A stretch of 64,000 nt of DNA from Microbacterium sp. (GTDB taxonomy: Bacteria > Actinomycetota > Actinomycetes > Actinomycetales > Microbacteriaceae). The notes beneath the pieces are model-generated. The model did not search any database. It worked only from the letters and a program-made list of their open reading frames with translations, and was not told the origin of the DNA. The stretch is from NCBI RefSeq assembly GCF_017306415.1, contig NZ_JAFKIL010000011.1; one strand, given 5' to 3'. Positions 9,906-19,305 of this stretch are shown one piece after another. A program made the position numbers and the translations under genes. Numbering within the stretch: the first letter of the stretch is position 1; every line of letters starts with the position of its first letter.

Positions 9906-10832
9906 ATGAAGACCACTGAGGACCCCACCGCATCCGCCCGCCCGCCGCGCCGCCGGTCGGTGCGCGCCCGCGTGGCCGCGGCCGTCGCCGTCGCCGTGCT
10001 CGGCGCGCTCGCCGCGGTGGGTGTGGCCACGCCGGCGGGTGCGGCCGGCGCGCAGGTCACGGCGAACCCGACCACGATCGCGGTGGGATCGACCACGACG
10101 ATCACCGCGTCGGGCCTCGGCGGGCTGGAGAAGGCGAGCTTCGGCCTCGGCGACACCTCCGCGGGGACGTTCACGGAGAGCAAGGGAACGAGCTACCAGG
10201 CGCCCGTCACCGATGGCACGGCGACCGCGACGTTCCAGGCGGCCAAGGCCGGTACGGTCACGATCGCGGTCGGCGACGGCGAGACGGTGCTGGGGACGGT
10301 CCAGGTCACCGTGAACGGCAACGCCCCCGCGGTCGTCGACGTGCAGGCGAGCCCCGGCTCGATCTCGACCGGCGCGACGTCGACCATCACGGTCACCGGG
10401 CTCGGCGGTCTGCAGCAGGCGTCGTTCGGGCTCGGCGACACGTCGGCGGGCACGTTCACAGAGAACGGCGGGACGACGTACGAGGCTCCGGTGACCGGAG
10501 GACGCGCCACCGCCACGTTCAGCGCGGCAGCGGCGGGGACCGTCACGATCTCAGTCGGCGACGGCGAGAACGTGCTGGGCACGACCACCGTCACCGTGAC
10601 TGCGGCCTCTCCGACGCCCACGCCCACGCCGACCCCGACGCCGTCCCCCTCTCCGGCACCGGCCGACGGCGGACTGTCGACGGTGGCGATCATCTGGATC
10701 GTCGCCATCGTCCTCGTGCTGATCGCGGCCGCCGCCATCACGACCGCGCTCGTGGTCCGTGCGCGCCACCGGCGTGCGGCGGAGGCGGCCGCGCGAGCGC
10801 CGCACGACGACCGCCCCGGCCCTACGGTGTAG
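9906..10832 (+). CDS. Secreted/membrane-anchored protein with two tandem Ig-like repeats
   Basis: Arg-rich signal peptide; two ~90-aa repeats (GLGGLxxASFGLGDTSAGTFTE...GTVTIxVGDGExVLGT); PT linker; C-terminal TM plus RARHRR. Confidence 0.8.
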   Translation: MKTTEDPTASARPPRRRSVRARVAAAVAVAVLGALAAVGVATPAGAAGAQVTANPTTIAVGSTTTITASGLGGLEKASFGLGDTSAGTFTESKGTSYQAPVTDGTATATFQAAKAGTVTIAVGDGETVLGTVQVTVNGNAPAVVDVQASPGSISTGATSTITVTGLGGLQQASFGLGDTSAGTFTENGGTTYEAPVTGGRATATFSAAAAGTVTISVGDGENVLGTTTVTVTAASPTPTPTPTPTPSPSPAPADGGLSTVAIIWIVAIVLVLIAAAAITTALVVRARHRRAAEAAARAPHDDRPGPTV

Positions 10833-10878
10833 CGCGGCTCCGGCATCCGTCACGGTCACGTGGATCATTTGCGTCTCG

Positions 10879-10902
10879 TATATTACTAGCTAAGCTAGCT
10901 AA
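10879..10902 (+). promoter_or_regulatory. AT-rich -10-like element plus AGCT-repeat palindrome directly before the tspO start
   Basis: TATATTACTAGCTAAGCTAGCTAA immediately precedes ATG 10903 in otherwise GC-rich DNA. Confidence 0.4.
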
Positions 10903-11739
10903 ATGCCCGCACCGGACTCCACGACCACGCGCCCCGCTCCCGCCACCCCCGCCGACCGGGTGAGGCAGATCGCCGTCGCCGTCGGCACCGCGATCGCGCT
11001 CGTCGGCGCGTTCCTCGGATCCGGCGCGGCCGGGGGCACGCCGGTGCAGGATGCCGCAGACGGCGCCTTCGCCGCCGACGCGACGCTCCTCGCGCCGGCG
11101 GGCCCGGCCTTCGCCATCTGGTCGGTCATCTACCTCGGCCTCGTGGGATACGCCGTCTACCAGGCGCTCCCCCGCCAGGCGTCGCGCACGCTGCACCGCT
11201 CGGCGGGCTGGTGGATCCTCCTGTCGACGCTCTTCAACGGCGCGTGGATCCTGGTCGTCCAGGCGGGACTGGTGGGGCTGTCGCTCGCGGTGATCGCGGT
11301 CCTGCTCGTGGTGCTCGTCGTCGTCGCCGCGGTGCTGCGACGGCACCCTTCGGAGGGGTGGGCCGACACTGTCTTGGTCCACGGCACGATGGGCCTGTAC
11401 CTCGGGTGGGTGACGATCGCGACGGTCGCCAACGTGACCGCGCTGCTCGTGCGCGCCGGCTTCTCGGGCGTCGGCCTCTCGCCGGATGCGTGGGGCGTCG
11501 CCGTCCTCGTCGTGGCGGGGCTGATCAGCGTTGCGCTCGCCGCGTGGAATCGCGGACGCGTGACGCCCGCACTCGCCACGGCGTGGGGCGTGTTCTGGAT
11601 CGGCGTCGCCCGCTCGACGGGCGATCCCGCGTCGGGGACGGTCGCCGTGACCGCGTACGTCGTCGCGGCCGTGATCCTCGTCGCGGCCGTCGCGGTGCGC
11701 ATCGCGGGGGTTCGGTCCTCGCGCGGCGTGGCCGACTGA
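10903..11739 (+). CDS. tspO: TspO/MBR-family tryptophan-rich sensory protein
   Basis: APAGPAFAIWSVIY, NGAWI, LYLGWVTIAT motifs; multi-TM. Confidence 0.8.
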   Translation: MPAPDSTTTRPAPATPADRVRQIAVAVGTAIALVGAFLGSGAAGGTPVQDAADGAFAADATLLAPAGPAFAIWSVIYLGLVGYAVYQALPRQASRTLHRSAGWWILLSTLFNGAWILVVQAGLVGLSLAVIAVLLVVLVVVAAVLRRHPSEGWADTVLVHGTMGLYLGWVTIATVANVTALLVRAGFSGVGLSPDAWGVAVLVVAGLISVALAAWNRGRVTPALATAWGVFWIGVARSTGDPASGTVAVTAYVVAAVILVAAVAVRIAGVRSSRGVAD

Positions 11740-11742
11740 CCC

Positions 11743-11780
11743 GGGCGGGGGCGCGGGGCGCGGGGCGCGGGGGTGCGGGG
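11743..11780 (+). repeat. GGGG(C/T)GC heptamer run, G-quadruplex-prone
   Basis: Six G-runs (one GGG, five of 4-5 G) with ~7-bp period. Confidence 0.6.
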
Positions 11781-11862
11781 TCGCCGGCGCTCGGCGCGGG
11801 CCGGCTCCTCCCCGAACTGGCCTCCGCAGCATCCGTCCACACGTGGCCACTCGAGCGCATCG

Positions 11863-11893
11863 AATGTCCGTGGACATTAGTATATTCGTTCTA
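11863..11893 (+). promoter_or_regulatory. Inverted repeat and probable leaderless promoter with a LexA-like half site
   Basis: AATGTCC-GT-GGACATT (11863-11878) then TAGTAT-ATTC-GTTCTA running into the ATG. Confidence 0.4.
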
Positions 11894-13440
11894 TGAGCCA
11901 CTTCACCCCTGCAGTGGTCCGGGTGGCGGACGCTGTCGGGCGACTCGCCGCCACGCTCGACGAGGCAGACGACGACGATCTCGTCCGCGGTGCCATCGCG
12001 CATGCCGATCACGAGGGCGCGCGGATCGCTGGGTTGAGCGACGACGACCTCTTGCGCGTGCTCTCCGATGCGTCGGATGCGCGCAAAGGGCTGGAGCTGA
12101 TCGTCGCCTCCGCGTCCGCCGAGGTGTCGCGCCGATCGGTGCGAGAGCTCGGCTACGCCGGGCTGGCTCAGCGGAAGGGCGTGCGGACGGCGACGGCCCT
12201 CGTGCAACAGGTCACGGGGCTCGCCCGTGGCGATGCGACGCGAGCCGCACGGGCCGGAGAAGAGCTCCTCAGCGCGCGGGATGAGCCGAGCGGCGCCGTC
12301 GGAGACGCGCAGGGCGGGCCGCCATCTCACGAGGTGCCGGCGTGGTCGTCGCGGTTGCGTCGGGCGTGGACGACGGGGCGGGTGTCGCAGGCCCAGTTCG
12401 AAGCGATCCGGGGCGGCCTGGGTGATCCTCCGCTGGATCGGTATCCGGACCTCGACCCTGACTTTCTGCCGGATGCGTGGGATCGGGCGGTCGCCATACT
12501 GCTCGACGAGGCGGCGACCTGGACGGTGGAGGATCTGCGCGCCCAGGCTCGTATCGCCCGCGACCGCCTCGACCCTGTCGGGGTGACGCTGCGGTTCGAA
12601 GAGCGTTTCGCCGCACGGTCGTTTCGTCGGTGGACGGACGAGGCGGGGCAGCAGCACGCCCGGATCGTGTTCGACGACGATGCGGCCGCCTGGGTCGACG
12701 CGATGCTGCGCGCGGCCTTGCGCCCTCGCCGGGGGCCGCGCTTCGTCGATGCCGATGAGCGGGGCGCGTCCGACGGGGACAGCCCGGAGAAGGTCGTGGC
12801 GGATGAGCGGTCCACTGAGCAGCTGCAGTACGACACGATTCTCGCGGTGCTGCGCACCGGCGCGAACGCCGACCCGAGCCAGGCGTTCGGTGACCGACAG
12901 CCCGGAGTGCGGATCGTCGTGGACGCGACGGCGCTGGTCGACGCCGGCGACCGCGGTCGGATGCGCGTGACCGGTGTCGGACACTACGAGGACGGCGGCC
13001 AGGCCGTCGCTCCCGGGGTCGTCGAGAAGTATCTCTGCGACGCGAGCGCGGTCGACGTGCTGCTGGACGGACACGGCCGACCCCTCGATGTCGGCCGGGA
13101 ACGCCGCCTCTTCACGCGCGCGCAGCGCATCGCCATCGCCGTTCGAGACGGCGGGTGCGTCTTCCCCGGCTGCAACCGGCCGCCGTCCGAATGCGAGTAT
13201 CACCACAACGATCACTGGTGGGATCACCACGGCCGCACCGATGTCGACGACGGCGTTCCCGTCTGTCGCAACTGTCACCTTCGCCTGCACAACCAGGGCT
13301 GGCGCATCACTCGCGAGCGTGACCCCCTCACGGGCGACGATCGCTACTGGCTTCATCCGCCGCCGGACCCGGCGACCGGTCAATCGCCTGCACCGATCCT
13401 CCTGAGCACTCGATCGCCGCGGCGGTTCGAGGCCGCATGA
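11893..13440 (+). CDS. DUF222 (13E12-repeat-like) HNH endonuclease
   Basis: DUF222-type N-terminus; RLFTRAQRIAIAVRDGGCVFPGC...CEYHHNDHW...TDVDDGVPVCRNCHLRLH. Confidence 0.88.
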   Translation: MSHFTPAVVRVADAVGRLAATLDEADDDDLVRGAIAHADHEGARIAGLSDDDLLRVLSDASDARKGLELIVASASAEVSRRSVRELGYAGLAQRKGVRTATALVQQVTGLARGDATRAARAGEELLSARDEPSGAVGDAQGGPPSHEVPAWSSRLRRAWTTGRVSQAQFEAIRGGLGDPPLDRYPDLDPDFLPDAWDRAVAILLDEAATWTVEDLRAQARIARDRLDPVGVTLRFEERFAARSFRRWTDEAGQQHARIVFDDDAAAWVDAMLRAALRPRRGPRFVDADERGASDGDSPEKVVADERSTEQLQYDTILAVLRTGANADPSQAFGDRQPGVRIVVDATALVDAGDRGRMRVTGVGHYEDGGQAVAPGVVEKYLCDASAVDVLLDGHGRPLDVGRERRLFTRAQRIAIAVRDGGCVFPGCNRPPSECEYHHNDHWWDHHGRTDVDDGVPVCRNCHLRLHNQGWRITRERDPLTGDDRYWLHPPPDPATGQSPAPILLSTRSPRRFEAA

Positions 13441-13506
13441 CCGTCATGTGCTCATGGGGGCCGACGCGTGAGGGGCCGATCCGCCTCCTCGACATGCACT
13501 TCTTCG

Positions 13507-13582
13507 CCGGAGTCACATGCCGACCGACCGCGGGTGCCGGTCGCTAACGCGATGAGAAGCAAACCACCGGAGTCACAAGCCG
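13507..13582. repeat. 16-bp direct repeat CCGGAGTCACA(T/A)GCCG, 60-bp period
   Basis: Copies at 13507-13522 and 13567-13582, intergenic. Confidence 0.55.
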
Positions 13583-13700
13583 GCCCGCCGAGAGAGAACG
13601 GGCGCCGATCGCCCGTGAGAGTCCCGCGACGCATCCCCTTATGCCCGCGATGCTGCGCCGATAGTATGGCGGCGTTCTGGGGTGTGAACTGGGGGTTCGC

Positions 13701-15293
13701 ATGGGGATCAATATTCGCCTGCTCTTCGTCGCGGGCGCTGTCGCGGCCATCGCGACGGTCGCTGCCGCTCCTGCGTGGGCGGCGCCGCCCCGATCCGAGG
13801 GCGGCAGTTCGCCCGCAGGACGCATCACTCAGATCGAGACCGCTCAGATCGAGACCGCTCAGATCGAGACGTCTCGGGTCGCGGCCGGCGACCCTGCCGA
13901 CCCTGCCGATCCTGCTGATCCTGCTCAGAGCGTCATCGCCCCCTTCCCCGACGGACTCACCAGAGTGTCGGGGGCATCTCGCATCGAGACCGCGATCGCC
14001 GCATCCGAGCGATACTCTCCGGGCGTCCCCGCGGTGTTCGTCGCCACGGCGACGAACTTCCCGGACGCGCTGTCAGCCGCCTCCGCCTCCGCGTTCGTGG
14101 GCGGTCCACTGCTCCTCACCACGAGAGACACGCTGCCGGCATCCGTGCTGGCCGAGGTTCAGCGGCTGACGCCCGAGCACATCTACGTCGTCGGCGGCAC
14201 GGGAGCCGTGTCCGATGACGTCCTCGAAGGGCTCGCCACAGTCGCACCGACGACGCGATTCGCGGGGAGCGACCGATACTCCACCGGGACCGCAATCGTC
14301 CAAGGCACCTTCATCCAGTCGACGACGGCGTTCATCGCCACCGGCGCATCCTTCCCGGATGCGCTCGCGGCGACCGGCGCAGCCGGCGCATCCCGATCGC
14401 CGGTGATCCTCGTCGATGGGCAGCGGTCGTCGCTCTCCGGCGATACGGTGAGCCTGCTTGACGAGCTGGGCGTCACCGACGTCGCGATCGCCGGAGGGAG
14501 CAGCGTGGTGTCCAGCGGCATCGAGCAGCAGCTCAGCCTCTCCGGGCGGAACGTGATCCGTTACGGGGGCGGAGACCGCTATTCCACCGCCGCGATCATC
14601 AACGCCGCGTTCTTCGCGCCGGGAACAGACACCGCGTTCCTCGCGACGGGCACGGCGTTCCCGGACGCTCTCGCCGGCGCCGCGCTCGCCGGCAGGCTGG
14701 GAGCACCCTTGTACGTGACGCAGCCGGCGTGCATGCCCGACGTCACCCGGGCGGCCCTCGCCGTGCTCGGCAACGTCAAGACCGTCGTCATGGGCGGCAC
14801 CGCAGCGGTCAGCGCGGCCAGCGCCGAGGGGCTCGGATGCCTCTCCGGCCCCGCCCCGACCATCACGGGAACCGTCCGCGTCGGCTCGACTCTGACGGCG
14901 CACGCCGGCACCTGGACCGACGGCACCTCGCTCACGTATCAGTGGTACGCGAACGGCGTGCCCCTCTCCGGCGCCACGGCCTCGACGCTCGGCCTCTCCA
15001 GCGCCGTGCAGGGGAAGCGGATCAGCGTGCGCGTCACGGGTGCGCAGACGGGATACGTCTCACTGACGAGGTCATCCAGCGCCACGGCGCCCGTCGCCGC
15101 GAAATCGACGCCACCGCCGCCACCGCCAGGTCCGCCTGCGAACCCCGGCGACTCGAAGAACTGCAGCGATTTCAGCACATGGAGGCAGGCGCAGTCCTGG
15201 TTCCTGACCTACTACCCGTACTACGGGGACGTTGCACGCCTGGACGCCGATCACGACGGGATCGCGTGCGAGTCGCTGCCCGGCGCACCCTGA
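13701..15293 (+). CDS. Secreted cell-wall-binding repeat 2 (CWB2 x3) protein with Ig-like and Excalibur domains
   Basis: Signal peptide; three RxxGxDRYxT / FPDALA repeats; PTITGTVRVGSTLTA..GTW module; C-terminal NCSDF...LDADHDGIACE. Confidence 0.85.
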   Translation: MGINIRLLFVAGAVAAIATVAAAPAWAAPPRSEGGSSPAGRITQIETAQIETAQIETSRVAAGDPADPADPADPAQSVIAPFPDGLTRVSGASRIETAIAASERYSPGVPAVFVATATNFPDALSAASASAFVGGPLLLTTRDTLPASVLAEVQRLTPEHIYVVGGTGAVSDDVLEGLATVAPTTRFAGSDRYSTGTAIVQGTFIQSTTAFIATGASFPDALAATGAAGASRSPVILVDGQRSSLSGDTVSLLDELGVTDVAIAGGSSVVSSGIEQQLSLSGRNVIRYGGGDRYSTAAIINAAFFAPGTDTAFLATGTAFPDALAGAALAGRLGAPLYVTQPACMPDVTRAALAVLGNVKTVVMGGTAAVSAASAEGLGCLSGPAPTITGTVRVGSTLTAHAGTWTDGTSLTYQWYANGVPLSGATASTLGLSSAVQGKRISVRVTGAQTGYVSLTRSSSATAPVAAKSTPPPPPPGPPANPGDSKNCSDFSTWRQAQSWFLTYYPYYGDVARLDADHDGIACESLPGAP

Positions 15294-15396
15294 CCGGATA
15301 GCGGCCCGCACGGCCGCTGCGCTGACACGCGAATCCGCGCCCACCTCTCCCGAAGCCTCCTGTCTCGTCGGCGTGCCCCACCGCTAGGGTGAGCGA

Positions 15397-18336
15397 ATGG
15401 ACACCGCTCTGATTTCGGCGGACGGCCTCACCGCCGCCGAGGTCGCAGCGCGCGCCGCGGACGGACGCACGAACGCGTTCCAGGCGGAGGCGAGCCGCAG
15501 CGCATGGACGATCGTCCGGGCCAACGTCTTCACCCTCTTCAACGGCATCGTCTTCGCGTGCTTCTTCGTGCTGTTCCTCGTCGGCCACTGGCAGGACGCA
15601 CTCTTCGGATTCGCGGCCTTCGCGAACGCGATCATCGGCTGCGTGCAGGAGTTCCGGGCGAAATCCGCACTCGACCGCCTCGCGCTGCTGAGCGCCGCAC
15701 CCGCCCGCGTGCGTCGCGACGGCGCGGAGATCGAGATCCCGCCCGCCGAGGTCGTCCTCGACGACCTGCTCGTCCTGCGGGCGGGCGACCAGATCCCCGC
15801 CGACGCCGAGGTGCTCCACACCCGCGGACTGCAGATCGACGAGTCGATGCTGACCGGCGAATCCGACGCCGTCGACAAGCACCAAGGCGACGAGGCGCTG
15901 TCCGGCTCGATCGTCGTCGGCGGCGAGGGCACGGCGCGGGTCACCCGCGTGGGCGCCGACGCGTACGCCAACCGATTCGCGGGAGAGGCCAAGCGGTTCT
16001 CCCTCGTCGCCAGCGAACTGCGCACCTCGATCAACCGGGTGCTGAAATGGGTCGGCTGGGGGATCGGGCCGATCGGGCTCCTCGTCTTCAACGCGCAGAT
16101 CATGGTGGCCGGCGGCTACGAGACGGCGTTCACGACCGGCCGGTGGGTGCAGGCCGTCGTCAACTCGATCGCCTCGCTCACGGCGATGATCCCGCTCGGG
16201 CTCGTGCTGATGACGAGCATCGCGTTCGCGGTGGGCGCCGCGAAGCTCGCGAGCCGCCAGGTGCTCGTCAACGAGCTGCCCGCCGTCGAGGGGCTCGCCC
16301 GCGTCGACCTCATCTGCCTCGACAAGACCGGCACGCTCACGATCGGCGAGATCGGGTTCGACGCGGCGCATCCGCTCGCACCGGTCGACGGCTGGCAGGA
16401 TGCGCTGGCCTGGTACGCCGCATCACCGGATGCCAACGCCACCGCCCGGGCGATGCGGGACGAGTATCCCGTCGGCGACGTCGCGCTCGACGCCGCCGGG
16501 TACATCCCGTTCTCGTCCGCCCGCAAGTGGAGCGCCGTCTCGTTCACCGCCCCGCACACCGACGACACCGTGCGCCGACCCGCGGGCACGTGGGTCCTCG
16601 GCGCGCCGGAGATGATCTTCGGCGATGCCGCGACCTCGCCCGCGTCCGCGTTCGGCCGCACGGTGACCGAGCTGGCAGAGACGGGCCGCCGGACGCTCGT
16701 CCTGGCCCGCACCGACGAGCCGATCACCGCGGCAGACATCGAGGCGGAACGGCTCCCCGGCACCCCGACCCCCGTCGTCGTGCTGACGTTCCGCGAGCAG
16801 GTCCGGCCGGATGCGGCGCAGACGCTGTCGTACTTCCGGCAGCAGGGCGTCGGCATCCGCATCATCTCCGGCGACAATCCGCGGACGGTCGCCGCGATCG
16901 CGCGCGAGGTGGGCCTCGACGTTCGCGAGGGGTTCGACGCGCGCACCCTCCCCGACGACCCGGACGAGCTGGCCGACGTGCTCGAGACCCACACGGTGTT
17001 CGGCCGCGTCACGCCCGAGCAGAAGAAGGGCATGGTCGTCGCGCTGCAGAGTCGCGGACACACCGTCGCCATGACCGGCGACGGTGTCAACGACGCGCTC
17101 GCCATCAAGACAGCCGACATCGGGATCGCGATGAACTCGGGATCGCCGGCGACGAAGGCCGTCGCACGACTGGTCCTCCTCGACGGCCAGTTCTCGCACC
17201 TCCCGGACGTCGTCGCCGAGGGTCGCCAGGTGATCGCGAACGTCGAGCGGGTCTCGATGCTCTTCCTCACCAAGACCGCCTACGCCACGGCGCTCGCGAT
17301 CGTCTTCGGCGCGTTGGTGCTGGAGTTCCCGTTCCTCCCACGGCAGCTGTCGATCACCGATGGGCTGACGATCGGCATCCCCGCGTTCTTCCTCGCGCTG
17401 ATGCCGAACGCCCGCCGGTACGTGCCCGGGTTCCTGCGCCGCTCGCTCACGTTCGCGATCCCCGCGGGACTCATCGTCGCGCTCGGGCTCACGTGGTACA
17501 CCTTCGTCGCAAAGGGCCTCGGGGTCAGCGAGGAGCAGCTGCGCACGGGGGCGACCATCATCCTCGCGGTCGTGGGGATCTGGGTGCTCGCGGTGCTGTC
17601 CCGCCCGCTCAACCGCTTCAAGGTGCTCGTCATCGGTGCGATGTTCGTCGCGCTCGTCGTGGTGTTCACCGTTCCGCTCGCGACCGGCTTCTTCGCGCTC
17701 GTCGATCCGGGCGAGGACCTCGCGATCGCCCTCACCGGGATCACGGTCATCATGATCGCCGGCATCGAGGTGGTGCGGTTCATCCACCGCCGGCTGGTGG
17801 CCCCGGCGTTCACTCCCTCCGCGGTCGCGCCGGCAGCGGGCGCGGATGCCGCGGCGACCGGCGGTCCGGATGCGACCCCGGCATCACCCGTCTCCACCGC
17901 GGTGGGCGCGGTCATCGCCACGGTGGTCGCCGTGCTCGCCTACGCGATCGGGTTCCTGTCCGCGGGGCTCGGGGTGCTGGTGCTCCTCAGCCGCTACGAG
18001 GAGCCGGATGCCGCCGAGGCGGTCACGCTCTCCCTCTCCGGCGCCGGGATCGCACTGTTCGGGCTGCTCGTCGTCGCCGTCGCCGCGGGCATCCGTCGCG
18101 GCAGCGGACTGTCGCGCCTGCTCGTCACGGTCTATCTCGCCATCGCGGTCGTCCTGAGCACGGTCATCGTCATCACGAGCGATCGCTGGGACGGGGGCGC
18201 GAGCGCGGTCGGCCTGGTGGCGGTCGTGACGATCGTGCTGCTGTGGACGCCGCCGGCCTCGCGTCGCTTCGGCCGCATCCGCGACTCGTCGATGACTGCG
18301 CGGCCGGCCGAGGCATCCCCGCCCACGGCCCGCTGA
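15397..18336 (+). CDS. P-type cation-transporting ATPase (CtpE-like) with extra C-terminal membrane domain
   Basis: LTGES, IPLGL, DKTGT phosphorylation site, ISGDN, GDGVNDA motifs. Confidence 0.92.
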   Translation: MDTALISADGLTAAEVAARAADGRTNAFQAEASRSAWTIVRANVFTLFNGIVFACFFVLFLVGHWQDALFGFAAFANAIIGCVQEFRAKSALDRLALLSAAPARVRRDGAEIEIPPAEVVLDDLLVLRAGDQIPADAEVLHTRGLQIDESMLTGESDAVDKHQGDEALSGSIVVGGEGTARVTRVGADAYANRFAGEAKRFSLVASELRTSINRVLKWVGWGIGPIGLLVFNAQIMVAGGYETAFTTGRWVQAVVNSIASLTAMIPLGLVLMTSIAFAVGAAKLASRQVLVNELPAVEGLARVDLICLDKTGTLTIGEIGFDAAHPLAPVDGWQDALAWYAASPDANATARAMRDEYPVGDVALDAAGYIPFSSARKWSAVSFTAPHTDDTVRRPAGTWVLGAPEMIFGDAATSPASAFGRTVTELAETGRRTLVLARTDEPITAADIEAERLPGTPTPVVVLTFREQVRPDAAQTLSYFRQQGVGIRIISGDNPRTVAAIAREVGLDVREGFDARTLPDDPDELADVLETHTVFGRVTPEQKKGMVVALQSRGHTVAMTGDGVNDALAIKTADIGIAMNSGSPATKAVARLVLLDGQFSHLPDVVAEGRQVIANVERVSMLFLTKTAYATALAIVFGALVLEFPFLPRQLSITDGLTIGIPAFFLALMPNARRYVPGFLRRSLTFAIPAGLIVALGLTWYTFVAKGLGVSEEQLRTGATIILAVVGIWVLAVLSRPLNRFKVLVIGAMFVALVVVFTVPLATGFFALVDPGEDLAIALTGITVIMIAGIEVVRFIHRRLVAPAFTPSAVAPAAGADAAATGGPDATPASPVSTAVGAVIATVVAVLAYAIGFLSAGLGVLVLLSRYEEPDAAEAVTLSLSGAGIALFGLLVVAVAAGIRRGSGLSRLLVTVYLAIAVVLSTVIVITSDRWDGGASAVGLVAVVTIVLLWTPPASRRFGRIRDSSMTARPAEASPPTAR

Positions 18337-18409
18337 GACCGCCGCGATTCCGGGCCCGGACGCACGACAGCCGGAGTCCGTGGGGACTCCGGCTGTCGGG
18401 TGCTGCAGA

Positions 18410-18580
18410 TCAGAGGGGGCGGATGTTCGCCGCCTGCATGCCCTTCGGGCCGCGCTCAGCGTCGAATTCCACCTTCTGGTCCTCGCGAAGCTCCTTGAAG
18501 CCCTCGCCAGCGATCGCGCTGAAATGCGCGAACCCGTAACCCTTCTCGGAGTTGAACCATTTCACGGTGCCAGTGGCCAT
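18410..18580 (-). pseudogene. cspA: Cold-shock protein gene with in-frame internal deletion
   Basis: [17 protein letters not shown]|[23 protein letters not shown]...[13 protein letters not shown], 56 aa; about 10-11 residues between RNP1 and RNP2 are missing. Confidence 0.75.
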
Positions 18581-18877
18581 CGTGTCTTTCCTTCTGTTGT
18601 TCGGGCCGCCGGAGCGACCGTATGTGCCACGTCGACCGATGCGACGCGGACGGTGGGGGCGACGGTGCGTGATCGGCGCCGTCGGGGAGAGTTCGGGCGA
18701 CGCGGATGCCTCGACCGCCGCGAACGCGTCATCACGCGTGCGATGGACGCCGAGGTCCTCGCCGCGGCCTCCCCGGGCTTCGAAGCCGAGCACGCCGACG
18801 CCGACGAAGCCGGCGTACTCACCGGCACGCGAGGCGACGTGCACGTCGGCATCGGCCTGGCGCCAATCCAGCGCGGT

Positions 18878-18985
18878 GCCGGAGAGAAGCGCGGCACCGG
18901 ACAGAGGCTGGTTGCCGGAGAGAAGCGCGGAGGCGGAGACAGGCGCGGCGGCGGACGGAAGCCCGGCGCCGGAGAGAAGTGCCGT
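18878..18985. repeat. Degenerate 18-bp tandem repeat (6 units; consensus GCCGGAGAGAAGCGCGGN)
   Basis: Unit starts at 18878, 18896, 18914, 18932, 18950, 18968. Confidence 0.6.
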
Positions 18986-19305
18986 GCCGTCCGTGGTCGC
19001 GGAGACGCAGGCGGCGTGGTCGCGAGATGACGCGGGAGAGGACCCGACGACAGTCCCCGCGTCGCACGCGGACAGATCGCGAGGTGACGCGAGCGAGAGG
19101 GAGGAGAGCAAGAGGGCCTTCGGGGAGCGCGGGTGGAGAACGCGCGAGATAGAGGAAGTCGGAGAGGCGGCGAGAGCGGCCGGCGTGCGATGCGTTCTGC
19201 GGCTCCACAATGAGGCAGAGGATTCACGACGCGATGACCCGGGATGCCGGGTTCCCCTCAACAGTAGCATGCCGCCCTCCGATCGCGGCCGGCGGGTCTA
19301 GGTTC

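Noticed and set aside
18410-19270. 286-aa ORF extending the cold-shock protein N-terminally
   Set aside because: Csp has its own ATG at 18580 with an AGAAGGAAAG RBS; the extension is low-complexity
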